Shown: positions 34,060-43,408, counted from the stretch's first letter. The stretch: 64,000 nt of DNA from an uncultured Candidatus Peribacteria bacterium (GCA_964466635.1 CAYXNG010000001.1:42958-106957), one strand, 5' to 3'. Translations and numbers: made by a program. Notes: a model not told the origin generated them from the sequence alone.

Positions 34060-35589
34060 ATGCCAAGACGGTATATAACGACGGCTATCGATTATCCCAA
34101 TGCCGCGCCCCACATGGGGCATGTGCTGGAGAAGGTGCTTGCCGATGTGATCGCGCGCTGGTTTCGTTTGTCCGGTCACGATGTTCGCTTTCAGATAGGC
34201 ACCGACGAACACGGCATCAAAATTCAGCAGACCGCGGCAAAGCAGGATATGATTCCATCAGCGTTAGTGGAGAAGAATGTCCCACTCTTCAAAGACCTGT
34301 ACGCACAGCTGAACATCTCCGCCGATCACTTCATTCGCACGACCGACCAACAACTGCACTGGCCGACAGTCACTGCACTCTGGAAGAAACTGCAGGATGC
34401 CGGCGCACTCAAAAAGCGTACATACACCGGACTCTATTGCACCGGGTGCGAGCGGTTTATTACTGCCAAAGATCTGGTCGACGGCAAGTGTCCCGATCAC
34501 GGAATCGCGCCCCAGGAGGTGAAGGAGGAGAACTGGTTTTTCACACTCTCGCACGAGACCGAGTGGCTGAAGAAGTTACTCACATCAGAGTATCGTATTA
34601 TCCCTGAATATCGATCAGAGGAGACGTTCGCATTGCTCGATCGCGGCCTTGAAGATGTGTCGTTCTCGCGTCCGAAGTCCAGTCTCTCGTGGGGCATTCC
34701 CGTCCCCGGCGATGAGGACCAGACGATGTACGTCTGGTGTGATGCGTTGACGAACTATATCTCCGGTATCGGCCTTCTGACCGATCATGCACAGTCAGAA
34801 TACTGGGATGATGCACAGGTGACCCATGTGATCGGTAAAGACATCGCTCGCTTCCACGCGCTGATTTGGCCGGCGATGTTGAAGAACGCCGGACTGCGCA
34901 CCCCCGACCAATTGCTGATTCACGGCTTTGTCACCAACGAGGGGCAGAAAATGAGCAAGAGCCTTGGCAACGTCGTCGATCCGGTTGATATCCTGAAGCG
35001 CTTTAGCGACAATCCCGATCCGATTCGTTTTTTCCTGTGCCACGAGATTCCCGTTGGCCGCGATGGTGATTTTAGCTGGAAGAGATTGGAGGAGATGTAT
35101 CAGTCGAAGCTCGGTAATCAGCTCGGTAACATGCTGAACCGCACGCTGGTGCTGTTGAAAAAAGATGAGGACGTCGTTCGCTTCCCGACCGGCACCGAAG
35201 ATCTTCAGCAGACCGCGACACTGTGGAGCGACTACGGCGCACATATGGATGCCTACGAGATCCACGACGCGATCCAGCGTGTGACTGAGTCGGTGTCGAC
35301 GATGAATGGCGCGTTTAACACTGCCGCTCCCTGGACCATCAAAGATGATGCAGATAAGCGCATCGAAACACTTGGAACGTTTGCGGAATGCCTCCGTCAT
35401 ACAGCGTTGATGCTCCTGCCGTTCATGCCCAATACCGCGTATCGCATCTCCAAGCAGCTGAATGTGCCCTATGCAGAGGAGATGCTGAAGAAAGAGTTTG
35501 TGATCACTGATCAGCTGAAAGCTTGGGGAGGATGTCCGGAGTGGACGCAGGTAGGGGAGCCGGCGATTCTGTTTGCGCCATTAGCCTAG
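34060..35589 (+). CDS. metG: methionine--tRNA ligase
   Basis: The motifs YITTAIDYPNAAPHMGH (HIGH-type) and KMSKSLGN are present. The start is trimmed to 34060. Confidence 0.9.
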   Translation: MPRRYITTAIDYPNAAPHMGHVLEKVLADVIARWFRLSGHDVRFQIGTDEHGIKIQQTAAKQDMIPSALVEKNVPLFKDLYAQLNISADHFIRTTDQQLHWPTVTALWKKLQDAGALKKRTYTGLYCTGCERFITAKDLVDGKCPDHGIAPQEVKEENWFFTLSHETEWLKKLLTSEYRIIPEYRSEETFALLDRGLEDVSFSRPKSSLSWGIPVPGDEDQTMYVWCDALTNYISGIGLLTDHAQSEYWDDAQVTHVIGKDIARFHALIWPAMLKNAGLRTPDQLLIHGFVTNEGQKMSKSLGNVVDPVDILKRFSDNPDPIRFFLCHEIPVGRDGDFSWKRLEEMYQSKLGNQLGNMLNRTLVLLKKDEDVVRFPTGTEDLQQTATLWSDYGAHMDAYEIHDAIQRVTESVSTMNGAFNTAAPWTIKDDADKRIETLGTFAECLRHTALMLLPFMPNTAYRISKQLNVPYAEEMLKKEFVITDQLKAWGGCPEWTQVGEPAILFAPLA

Positions 35590-35893
35590 AGGATTCTATA
35601 GTGTGAGTATGAAGCCTGGACTGCCGTCCAGACTTTGATCACAGGGTGGACGGCAGTCCAAGGGGACCGGGCCCTGATGATCTCCCCTCTAACGCTGACC
35701 AGAGCGTTAGAGGGTTGATTATAGAAAGCCAGATATTACACTCCCATCTGTCGGGCTCCTGTCCGGCATTGGTCTCAGAGAGGGACAGTGAGCCCAGGCG
35801 TGCGGCGCGCTCTGAGATCTCGCCCCTTCCTGTCTACACAGGAAGGGGTTGATTTCATCTTTAACAGCATTTCAGTTTCTTTCGGTGTTGAAT

Positions 35894-35922
35894 TTGACAA
35901 ATATATTAATATGTATTAAATT
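35894..35922 (+). promoter_or_regulatory. sigma70-like promoter (TTGACA-17-TAAATT)
   Basis: Exact TTGACA at 35894-35899, a 17-nt AT-rich spacer, and TAAATT at 35917-35922. Confidence 0.45.
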
Positions 35923-35929
35923 ATTCTAG

Positions 35930-36112
35930 TTCCCGATAATTAGAAAGGAGAACGGCCGATGTTACGAATAATACTGTAGAGGCCGTTGTTCGGAGCCCCA
36001 TAGCCACGGCCGGGGCACGGTTCTAACAAGAAAGGAGGAGAGCAATGCTCTCGGGAATACCGCCGCCGTAAAGCGGCACACGAGGGAGGCAACGCGCCTC
36101 CCTCTTATTTTT
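35930..36112 (+). other. short promoter-to-terminator transcription unit with two SD-preceded micro-ORFs (MLRIIL, MLSGIPPP)
   Basis: aaggag-N8-ATG at 35959 (stop at 35979) and aaaggagg-N6-ATG at 36045 (stop at 36071). Local hairpins enclose the first ORF and the second stop codon. The unit ends in the terminator at 36082-36112. Confidence 0.35.
36082..36112 (+). terminator. Rho-independent terminator
   Basis: Stem gagggaggc, loop aacgc, stem gcctccctc, followed by ttattttt. Confidence 0.65.
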
Positions 36113-36120
36113 GTGTGCAG

Positions 36121-36149
36121 TTGAGATCGGCAATCGTTGGCTCTACACT
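36121..36149 (+). promoter_or_regulatory. candidate promoter (TTGAGA-17-TACACT) for the Pur-alpha-like gene
   Basis: Hexamers with 17-nt spacing lie about 95 nt upstream of the ATG at 36245. Confidence 0.35.
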
Positions 36150-36244
36150 CATCGTACTCCCGGAGCTTGCGAGTGTGGAATCCAGAAGATGACGCAGTGG
36201 CAAGAAACCCTGAGGAGTTCTCTACCTCTTTTTCTTTTTATCCT

Positions 36245-36550
36245 ATGTTCGATCCAATGTCAGAACTCACCGGCGGCATGCCGCAAGATGATCAGCCAAT
36301 GCAGCAGGCTCCAGCACCTCGTCCTCATCACAGCGGCGGAGGACAGCGCGGTTTTGCCGATGATGTTCACTCGATTACGATCCACGCCAAGCAGCGCACG
36401 TTCTACATCGACCTCAAGAAGTCCGGCAACGGTATGTTCTTCAAGGTTTCGGAAAAGTCCCGCGGTGGACAGAAGACAACCATCATGTTTGATGCCGAAG
36501 ATCTGCAGCAGTTCATTGCTGCGTTCAACGAAATGGCGACGAAGCTCTGA
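36245..36550 (+). CDS. bacterial Pur-alpha-like (DUF3276) ssDNA/RNA-binding protein
   Basis: The segment VHSITIHAKQRTFYIDLKKSGNGMFFKVSEKSRGGQKTTIMFDAEDLQQFIAAF matches the PUR repeat pattern. The start is trimmed to 36245. Confidence 0.65.
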   Translation: MFDPMSELTGGMPQDDQPMQQAPAPRPHHSGGGQRGFADDVHSITIHAKQRTFYIDLKKSGNGMFFKVSEKSRGGQKTTIMFDAEDLQQFIAAFNEMATKL

Positions 36551-36579
36551 GCTTCTAGCTGATAGCTTGTAGCTTCTAG
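36550..36579. repeat. AGCT-heptamer array (single arm)
   Basis: Sequence agcttct agctgat agcttgt agcttct ag, directly after the stop of the Pur-alpha-like gene. Confidence 0.75.
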
Positions 36580-36584
36580 AAAGC

Positions 36585-36617
36585 GTGTCTATCCTTCGAC
36601 CGGGCTCAGGATGACAC
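36585..36617. repeat. REP-like palindromic element copy
   Basis: Sequence gtgtctatccttcgaccgggctcaggatgacac. Confidence 0.6.
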
Positions 36618-36623
36618 GTTTTT

Positions 36624-37505
36624 TTAATGAATTCCACGGCGCCAATCGTCGGCCTTCATCGGCTTTCGTCCCGGTGGTTGTAACTGCGTAATGAAGAGTG
36701 TGGTTTCTTCTGCGCATCCAAGAGGGATGCCATGTGGGACAGGCTCGAGGGATGTTTCGAGGAGCTTCACTGTGTGACCTTCGATATCACAGGTGACGCC
36801 GGGCCAGGGGTTGAGTGCTCGCACACGACGGTCTATGTCAGTCGCGGTCATTTTTGTCTGATCAATTTCCCCATCTTCTTTCACCAGCTTGCGGCAGAAC
36901 GTCACGCCTTCTGATGGTTGCGTTTCGGGCTTGAGCGGCTTTTTCAATGTTTCGACCAGCAGTGCAGCGCCGATATCCGCCAGCGTCTGGCGAACTGACG
37001 TCGCCGTATCCGCCGGAGTGAGGGGCAGTGTTGCCGTGCTGAGCATCGGTCCTGCATCGAGTTCATGAACCATGACTTGTACTGTGACTCCTGTTTCGCT
37101 GTCACCATTGAGAATTGCATGCTCCACCGGTGAAGCGCCTCGCCAGCGGGGGAGAATTGATCCGTGTACGTTTACCGGTGCGATGCGCGGAATATCGAGT
37201 ACCTGTTGTGAAAGGATTTTCCCGTATGCGACAACAATGAGATAGTCCGGAACAAGATCGGGATGTTCCGTCAGGTATGCCGGCAATTCTTCATTCACTG
37301 TTTCCGGTTGAAGCACGGGAATACCCAAGCTCTCCGCGAGGACTTTGACCGGCGGCGGTGTCACGGTCTTTTTGCGACCGACAGGTTTATCCGGTTGTGT
37401 CACGACCAGTTTCACATCGTACGACGCATCGGTGACTAATGCGCGCAGTGATGCGACAGCGAAGTCGGGTGTGCCGCAGAAGATGACGGAGAATTTTTTA
37501 GACAT
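36624..37505 (-). CDS. fmt: methionyl-tRNA formyltransferase
   Basis: The motifs FCGTPDFAV and NVHGSILPRWRGASPV are present. The start is trimmed to 37505. Confidence 0.9.
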   Translation of the reverse strand: MSKKFSVIFCGTPDFAVASLRALVTDASYDVKLVVTQPDKPVGRKKTVTPPPVKVLAESLGIPVLQPETVNEELPAYLTEHPDLVPDYLIVVAYGKILSQQVLDIPRIAPVNVHGSILPRWRGASPVEHAILNGDSETGVTVQVMVHELDAGPMLSTATLPLTPADTATSVRQTLADIGAALLVETLKKPLKPETQPSEGVTFCRKLVKEDGEIDQTKMTATDIDRRVRALNPWPGVTCDIEGHTVKLLETSLEPVPHGIPLGCAEETTLFITQLQPPGRKPMKADDWRRGIH

Positions 37506-37535
37506 GTGATGATTGTACATCATGCCATCGACGTA

Positions 37536-37557
37536 GGGGCATAGCGCGCTATGCCCC
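37536..37557. repeat. 22-bp perfect palindrome ggggcatagcgcgctatgcccc (copy 2 of 2)
   Basis: Identical to 34018-34039. It lies between the divergent fmt and DHH phosphoesterase genes. Confidence 0.85.
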
Positions 37558-37670
37558 TACAGCAATCAGGTATATTTTCCGGAACAAACATCTACATCAT
37601 CAACAATGCTCATCATTGCAATCTCAGTTCATTGTTCCACATCATCAATCGCCGTATCATTCTCTCCTTT

Positions 37671-38675
37671 ATGCCCGTGTCACTCAGCGATGCCCAGGCG
37701 CTCTTCGATACTGCATCCAAAGCGAAGCGTGTCGTCTGCGTCTGCCACCGCGGGCCGGATGGAGATGCGATCGGATCGTTGATCGGCATTGGCCTGCTGA
37801 TTGAGCAAGCGCTACCGGGGAAAAAAGTGATGCTCTGGTGTGTCGATGAAGTGCCGGAGACATTCAATTATTTGCCAGGTGCCAAACGCGTGACCGCACC
37901 CGGATCCCTTGAGGAGGGAGATGCAGTGATTACCGTCGATTGTGCGGAGGCGAAGATGACCGAAATGCAGCAGACGCATCCGACGATGTTTGATGGGAAA
38001 ATGCCGCTCGTGATGATCGATCACCATCCCGGAAATCCGTTGTTCGGAACCATCAATATTCTTGTTTCAGAGGCCGCTTCGACCTGTGAAATCATTGTGC
38101 AGATTGCCGATCTCTTAAAGTGGAATTTGACGCAGGATTGTGCGACGGCGTTGCTCACCGGTGTCTACACCGATACCGGAGGATTGCTTCACAGTAATAC
38201 CTCCGCTCAAGTATATCGCACAGTTGCCCGCTTGTTGCGTGCCGGTGCTCGTCAGCAATTAATCGTTTCCGCCGTCTTCCGCACGGCCAAACTCAGTACG
38301 CTGAAGCTGTGGGGACGCGTGCTGGAGAAGATCAATATCAGCGAAGAAGGCGGGGCTATTTCTGCCGTTACCGAAGGGGACTTCCGCGCAACCGGTGCCG
38401 ATTACTCGGAGTTAGCCGGGGCAATCGACTACGTGAACGCCGTACCTGGCATGCGCTTCTCCATGGTGCTGTCCGAACGCGATGGCAAAGTGAAGGGCAG
38501 CCTGCGTACGCTGCGTGATGACGTCGACGTTGCAGCGATGGCCGGAAAGTTCCAGGGTGGGGGACACAAGAAAGCAGCGGGCTTCGCGCTACAGGGAAAG
38601 CTGAAACCGGAAGTCCGGTGGAAGGTGGTGGAGGAGACGAAGAAAGAGGACGATAAAAAAGATGTGTCATCCTGA
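37671..38675 (+). CDS. DHH-family phosphoesterase (NrnA-like)
   Basis: The motifs HRGPDGDAIGS, DHHPGN, and DHHA1 GGGHKKAAG are present. The start is trimmed to 37671. Confidence 0.8.
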   Translation: MPVSLSDAQALFDTASKAKRVVCVCHRGPDGDAIGSLIGIGLLIEQALPGKKVMLWCVDEVPETFNYLPGAKRVTAPGSLEEGDAVITVDCAEAKMTEMQQTHPTMFDGKMPLVMIDHHPGNPLFGTINILVSEAASTCEIIVQIADLLKWNLTQDCATALLTGVYTDTGGLLHSNTSAQVYRTVARLLRAGARQQLIVSAVFRTAKLSTLKLWGRVLEKINISEEGGAISAVTEGDFRATGADYSELAGAIDYVNAVPGMRFSMVLSERDGKVKGSLRTLRDDVDVAAMAGKFQGGGHKKAAGFALQGKLKPEVRWKVVEETKKEDDKKDVSS

Positions 38676-38694
38676 GCCCGATGAACCATGACAC
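38664..38694. repeat. REP-like palindromic element copy
   Basis: Sequence gtgtcatcctgagcccgatgaaccatgacac. It supplies the stop codon of the DHH gene and sits between convergent genes. Confidence 0.6.
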
Positions 38695-38696
38695 GC

Positions 38697-40595
38697 TTAG
38701 GCCTTCTCTGCCTCGTTCTTCATCACCTCACTCGGCTTCGTCGTAATCAGCTTCGCTTCGTCCGGGCTGGCGATCACTTCCACCGCGACGTGCTTGTAGC
38801 CGGCAAAGAGAATGCCTTGTCCGACTGCGCTGTTGAGCAGCACATACTTCTCACCATCGGTCAGATAGAAGAGCTTCTGCAGGTTGTCGACGGTTGTCGG
38901 CGACTGCTTCAACAGCACCTGCAACGATGAGTTGGTGATAATCGGTTTGCCGAAGGGGGATTCAACAAAGTCCTCCACGTCTTGTGTAATGGTTGTGACG
39001 CCCAGGTAATACTTGCGGGCGCGCTTCACAATGCCGTACAGGAAGCGTGCGGAGTCCTCGTGCTGCATCAGGTTCCAGGCTTCGTCGATGACGAGGATGC
39101 GCTTCTTCAGCTCTGCGCGGATGCGGTTCCACAGGAAGTTCAGCACGATGTAGATTGCAATCGGGCGAAGCTGCTCCTCCAAGTCGCGAATCTGGAAGAC
39201 GACCATCTGGTTGTCCAGGTCCACGTTCGTCTTCTGATCGAATAGTCCGGCAAAGCTTCCCTGCGTGTATTTCTGAAGAATTTTCGCCATGTTCTCACCT
39301 CCTTCGGTGGTCATTAGCACGTCGACCAGCTGTCCGAGAGTCGGTACTTCACCGGCGCTCAGATCGGTCGCCTGTAGCGTAATGCCGTTCAGTGCGTACG
39401 TATCCAAAATCGCTTTATCGAGAATGCCGTCCTCAGACGGTGTGATCGGTCCGAGCATGAGACGGAGCAGGCCGTGCAGGTTGATGACCGCAGCGCGCAG
39501 CACTTCTCCCGGAGCGGCATCATCGCCGCGGATAGCCTTGGGTAGATCAAACGGGTTGATGCGGAAGGGGCTCTGGATGGAGAGGGGAATGAACGATCCG
39601 CCAACTGCTTCACAGAGGTTGGTGTATTCGTTTTCCGGGTCAATCACCATCACCTCTGTTCCGAGCATCAGGTGACGCAGGAGCTCAAGCTTGGCCGTGA
39701 ACGATTTACCCGCACCGGAGGTTGCGAAGATGTTACTGTTCGCGTTCGGCAGATCGAAGCGATCGAAGATGATCAGTGAATCGTTGTGACGGTTGATGCC
39801 GTACAGGATGCCGTGGTCATCCGTCAGGTCGCTGGAGCTGAAGGGGAAGCTTGCAGCCAACGGGCTGGTGTTCATGTTACGGTTGATCTCGATCTCATCG
39901 AGACAGATCGGCAACGTCGACGTCCATGCATGCTCCATCTGGAACATCGCCGGTTTGGTCAGCACCAGCTTTCCGCCGAGCACCGATTCGATATCGGTCT
40001 GCACTTTCTTCAAGCGGTCTTCGTCCTCGGCATACACTGTAATGTACATGCCGAACTGGAAGAGTTTTTCCTGACCGCGAGCAAGAAGATCACGCAACTC
40101 TTCGGCATCTTGCAACGCAGCTTCAAGCGACGGATCGCGGACGATGCCGCGCTGCTCTAGCATACGGATGGATGAACGCAGCTCCGCGACTTTCTTGCGC
40201 AGCATTTTCATGATCGCCCTGTTCGAGCTCGGGTAGATGAACTGCGCAATGTCCATGGTCGCATCCTGGTTGACGGTCTGGGCCAGCCAGTTCGGGAAAA
40301 TGAAGTTCGGCCAGTTATACGCGTACAGCGTTCGAGCGTATTGGTCGTTGATGATCATCTGCGAGTTCTGCACCTGGATGCCTGCGGGCGCAATCAGATC
40401 GAGCATTTTCTGCAGTCCCTGTTCGTAGCGCTTCACCGATTCCAGTTCTTCCGGCGTCAGCGCTTCGTCGCCCGAATGTTGCTCAAGCATCTCTTCTGTT
40501 TTCTTGGTCAGACCGAGCAATTCGTCCATTGCCTCCAGCAGAGGGTGCTGAAGGGGGAGTCCGGGGGCCGTTTCTGGGGGTTTTTGTTCGGACAT
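38697..40595 (-). CDS. VirB4/TraC-type T4SS ATPase
   Basis: 632 aa with Walker A ATSGAGKSF, Walker B LVIDEAW, and an N-domain of the VirB4 type. Confidence 0.8.
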   Translation of the reverse strand: MSEQKPPETAPGLPLQHPLLEAMDELLGLTKKTEEMLEQHSGDEALTPEELESVKRYEQGLQKMLDLIAPAGIQVQNSQMIINDQYARTLYAYNWPNFIFPNWLAQTVNQDATMDIAQFIYPSSNRAIMKMLRKKVAELRSSIRMLEQRGIVRDPSLEAALQDAEELRDLLARGQEKLFQFGMYITVYAEDEDRLKKVQTDIESVLGGKLVLTKPAMFQMEHAWTSTLPICLDEIEINRNMNTSPLAASFPFSSSDLTDDHGILYGINRHNDSLIIFDRFDLPNANSNIFATSGAGKSFTAKLELLRHLMLGTEVMVIDPENEYTNLCEAVGGSFIPLSIQSPFRINPFDLPKAIRGDDAAPGEVLRAAVINLHGLLRLMLGPITPSEDGILDKAILDTYALNGITLQATDLSAGEVPTLGQLVDVLMTTEGGENMAKILQKYTQGSFAGLFDQKTNVDLDNQMVVFQIRDLEEQLRPIAIYIVLNFLWNRIRAELKKRILVIDEAWNLMQHEDSARFLYGIVKRARKYYLGVTTITQDVEDFVESPFGKPIITNSSLQVLLKQSPTTVDNLQKLFYLTDGEKYVLLNSAVGQGILFAGYKHVAVEVIASPDEAKLITTKPSEVMKNEAEKA

Positions 40596-40696
40596 GTTTG
40601 TATCTGATTATTATAGCAGAAATAGACCTCTCTAACAATCGTTTGGAAGGGTTAGGAATGATGTTTCAGGCTATAATTTAAGCCTAAATCGACAAT

Positions 40697-41515
40697 TTAC
40701 GGTTCAACAGGATCGAATATTGAGCGCCCGGAACGGCGGCGGCTTTGTTCGATGAGGCCGTAATCTTCCACGCCAGGAACGTCTACCACGCTGATACCTG
40801 CAAGCAGTGCTTCACGGTTGGAGGTCATCACCGTCACCCGCTCCTCGGCAATATCAAGTAGGTCGACGAAGAGGTTGCGGATGCTGCGCAGCTCATCAAT
40901 CCGCGCATCGATTTCGGCCAAGTTACTGCGGCCTTCAATCAGGTTCTTCTGCTGTTCGCTTGCTGTCGCGTAATCCTGTTCCCGCAACGCGATATTCAGC
41001 TGTGACTGCGATCGCGCCACCTCACCGCGCACAACACGGCGCTCATCCATCATCACATCCATCTGCTGCTCCAAGCCGTTTTTGTGTGCCGTTGCGCGCT
41101 CTCCGACAGCCTGCAAATTTGAGAGATACGTATCGAAGGCTTCCACACGGTCTGGACTTCGATTCAGCATATCCGGAACATCGACCTGCAGAATGGCCCC
41201 GAGCGTTTCCAGAAGAGCGAAGGATTCTTCCTGCTCCTCTCCTGCATCGTTGAGCAGATCCATCTGGACGTTGATTCCCGCCAACGCCGAACGGAACATC
41301 ACCTGGCGCATCAGAAAATCGGCCAGGTAGACACCCAAAAGTGCGCTTGAGCGAATGGAAGCGAATGCGTCCGATCCTTTCATCAGCTCCACAGTCCAGC
41401 GGACTGCCAGCGGCGCGATGGTCGGAGAATATGACACTGTTTCCTGGCGCCCGCAGGAGGCGAGCACGCAGACAGTTGTTGCGCCGAGGAGAAGATGTCG
41501 GAGTGACCGCTTCAT
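40697..41515 (-). CDS. coiled-coil lipoprotein upstream of VirB4
   Basis: Starts at MKRSLRHLLLGATTVCVLASCG (lipobox), followed by a long helical/coiled-coil region. It is in the same operon orientation as virB4. Confidence 0.5.
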   Translation of the reverse strand: MKRSLRHLLLGATTVCVLASCGRQETVSYSPTIAPLAVRWTVELMKGSDAFASIRSSALLGVYLADFLMRQVMFRSALAGINVQMDLLNDAGEEQEESFALLETLGAILQVDVPDMLNRSPDRVEAFDTYLSNLQAVGERATAHKNGLEQQMDVMMDERRVVRGEVARSQSQLNIALREQDYATASEQQKNLIEGRSNLAEIDARIDELRSIRNLFVDLLDIAEERVTVMTSNREALLAGISVVDVPGVEDYGLIEQSRRRSGRSIFDPVEP

Positions 41516-41713
41516 CTCATTATTATACCATTTTTGCCAATTTCTCACAATGACCCTCCAGCGCTCTGGAGACGACGTGGAGACAGTCAAAACATGTGTT
41601 CGCCACACGAGTATTTTCTGTATGCAAGAGCAACTTTTTATTTCATCTGGAAGCATGCATTTGCTCTGCTATAGTTCGCTTAATTTCCCGAACAGAACGT
41701 TTGTTCAACCCAC

Positions 41714-43408
41714 ATGTTCGACCTGCTTACTTCAGAGGCACACAAGACACTCAAAAAGCTGTACGGCTTGGGTGTCGTCGACCTCCAGTGGGAGTCTCCG
41801 AAGGAGGCCGAACACGGTGATGTGTCAACTGCGGTCGCGTTGCGATTGGCTAAACAGCTCGGTCGCAAGTCGATTGAGATTGCGGAGGAGATTGCAGAGG
41901 GGTTGAAGTCATCGTCATCAATTGCAAAAGCGGAGGTTGCCGGTCCGGGGTACGTGAACATCTGGTTGAAACCGGAGGTGTTGCTGCATGCATTGTCATC
42001 TTCACGCGAAGCATGTGATCCTGCGACACAGAAAAAAGACGCGCCGATTGTCGTCGATTACTCCAGTCCCAACATTGCCAAGCCGCTCGGCATTCATCAC
42101 ATTCTGTCGACCATTATCGGACAGTCGGTGGTGAATCTGTACGCACATGCCGGGACGAAGATGGTCCGCTGGAACTACCTTGGAGATTGGGGGACACAGT
42201 TCGGAAAGTTGGCAGTTGCATATCAGCGATGGGGCAGCGGGAGGCCGGTCATGGAGCACTCACTCGATGATCTTCTTGCTCTCTACGTGAAGTTCCATGA
42301 CGAAGCGGAAAAGGACGAGACACTCGAAGCCGAGGCGCGTGCGACATTCCAGAAACTCGAAGAAGGCGATGCGACCATCAAGGCGTTCTGGTCCGATGTG
42401 GTGACCGTGACCAAGCAGTCGCTGTCCGGTATCTACAGACGACTCAATGTGTCGTTCGATGTTGAGGATGGAGAGAGTCACTATCAGAACAAGATGCAGA
42501 CGATTATCGATGAAGGAAAAAAGAAGGGCATCTTCATGACGGGGGAGAAGGGTGCATTGATCGCTCAGTTTGCAGAAGACACCGGCATGCCGCCGGCGGT
42601 CATTGTGAAGGCTGACGGGTCTACGCTGTATCACACGCGCGACCTTGCGCTCCTTCATGACCGCATCGAACGGTTCCATCCGCAGGCGGTCTACTACGTC
42701 GTCGACATGGCACAGTCGCTGCACTTCAAACAGCTCTTCGATATCGAGCGCCAACTTGGCTGGGATACGCCGCGCCAAGAGCATATCGCCTTCGGCCGCA
42801 TGCGGTTTGCAGACGGCTCCATGAGCACGCGCAAGGGAAATATTCTTAAGCTCGAACATGTGATCGACGAGGCGGTGAAGCGCGCGGCGGAGATTATCAA
42901 AGACCGTGGTGATGCCATCCAGACCGATAACCCGGAGGAGCTCGCTGAGATGATGGGTGTCGGCGCGTTGGTCTACGGCATCCTTAGTCAGAATCGCAAG
43001 ATGGACATGGTGTTCGACTGGGACAAGATGCTGAGCTTTGAAGGTAACAGTGCACCGTATCTCCAGTACACGCACGCACGCGCCCGGTCAGTTCTGCGCA
43101 AGGCGGAGTCCGAAGGTGCATCCGCTCCGACGATCGAGACGTTCACCCCGCATGAGCGTGGACTGATTCTGACACTCCTGAAGTATCCGTCCGTGCTCGA
43201 TGCAGCACGCACCGAACACCTGCCACATAAACTCGCAAATTATCTCTACGACCTCTGTCAGACCTTCAACGCGTTTTACAACGTTGAGCCGATCATCCAG
43301 GCCGACGAGCCTTCGCGTTCCCTTCGCCTGTTCCTCTGCCGCTCCGTCGCCGACGTGCTGCGAAGCGGTGCCTCACTCCTTACGATCCGTGTTCCGGATC
43401 GGATGTAA
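41714..43408 (+). CDS. argS: arginine--tRNA ligase
   Basis: 564 aa with SSPNIAKPLGIHHILS (HIGH region), the class I fold pattern, and a C-terminal anticodon-binding DALR-type region. Confidence 0.9.
   Translation: MFDLLTSEAHKTLKKLYGLGVVDLQWESPKEAEHGDVSTAVALRLAKQLGRKSIEIAEEIAEGLKSSSSIAKAEVAGPGYVNIWLKPEVLLHALSSSREACDPATQKKDAPIVVDYSSPNIAKPLGIHHILSTIIGQSVVNLYAHAGTKMVRWNYLGDWGTQFGKLAVAYQRWGSGRPVMEHSLDDLLALYVKFHDEAEKDETLEAEARATFQKLEEGDATIKAFWSDVVTVTKQSLSGIYRRLNVSFDVEDGESHYQNKMQTIIDEGKKKGIFMTGEKGALIAQFAEDTGMPPAVIVKADGSTLYHTRDLALLHDRIERFHPQAVYYVVDMAQSLHFKQLFDIERQLGWDTPRQEHIAFGRMRFADGSMSTRKGNILKLEHVIDEAVKRAAEIIKDRGDAIQTDNPEELAEMMGVGALVYGILSQNRKMDMVFDWDKMLSFEGNSAPYLQYTHARARSVLRKAESEGASAPTIETFTPHERGLILTLLKYPSVLDAARTEHLPHKLANYLYDLCQTFNAFYNVEPIIQADEPSRSLRLFLCRSVADVLRSGASLLTIRVPDRM

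Noticed and set aside
36000-36030. Guanidine-II (mini-ykkC) riboswitch, because of two ACGG tetranucleotides 11 nt apart
   Set aside because: The ACGG motifs are not in loops closed by complementary GC stems, so the defining tandem hairpins are absent.
41516-41713. T-box leader upstream of argS (and likewise upstream of metG)
   Set aside because: There is no T-box consensus (AATTAGGGTGGTACCGCG-like) or specifier-loop architecture, only a small tccag-cgct-ctgga hairpin.
42260-43075. 271-aa minus-strand ORF inside argS. Similar long antisense ORFs occur at 34795-35400 (metG), 17486-18298 and 18816-19421 (clpC), 16080-16679 and 23370-24164.
   Set aside because: All lie opposite strongly supported genes and have shadow-like composition.
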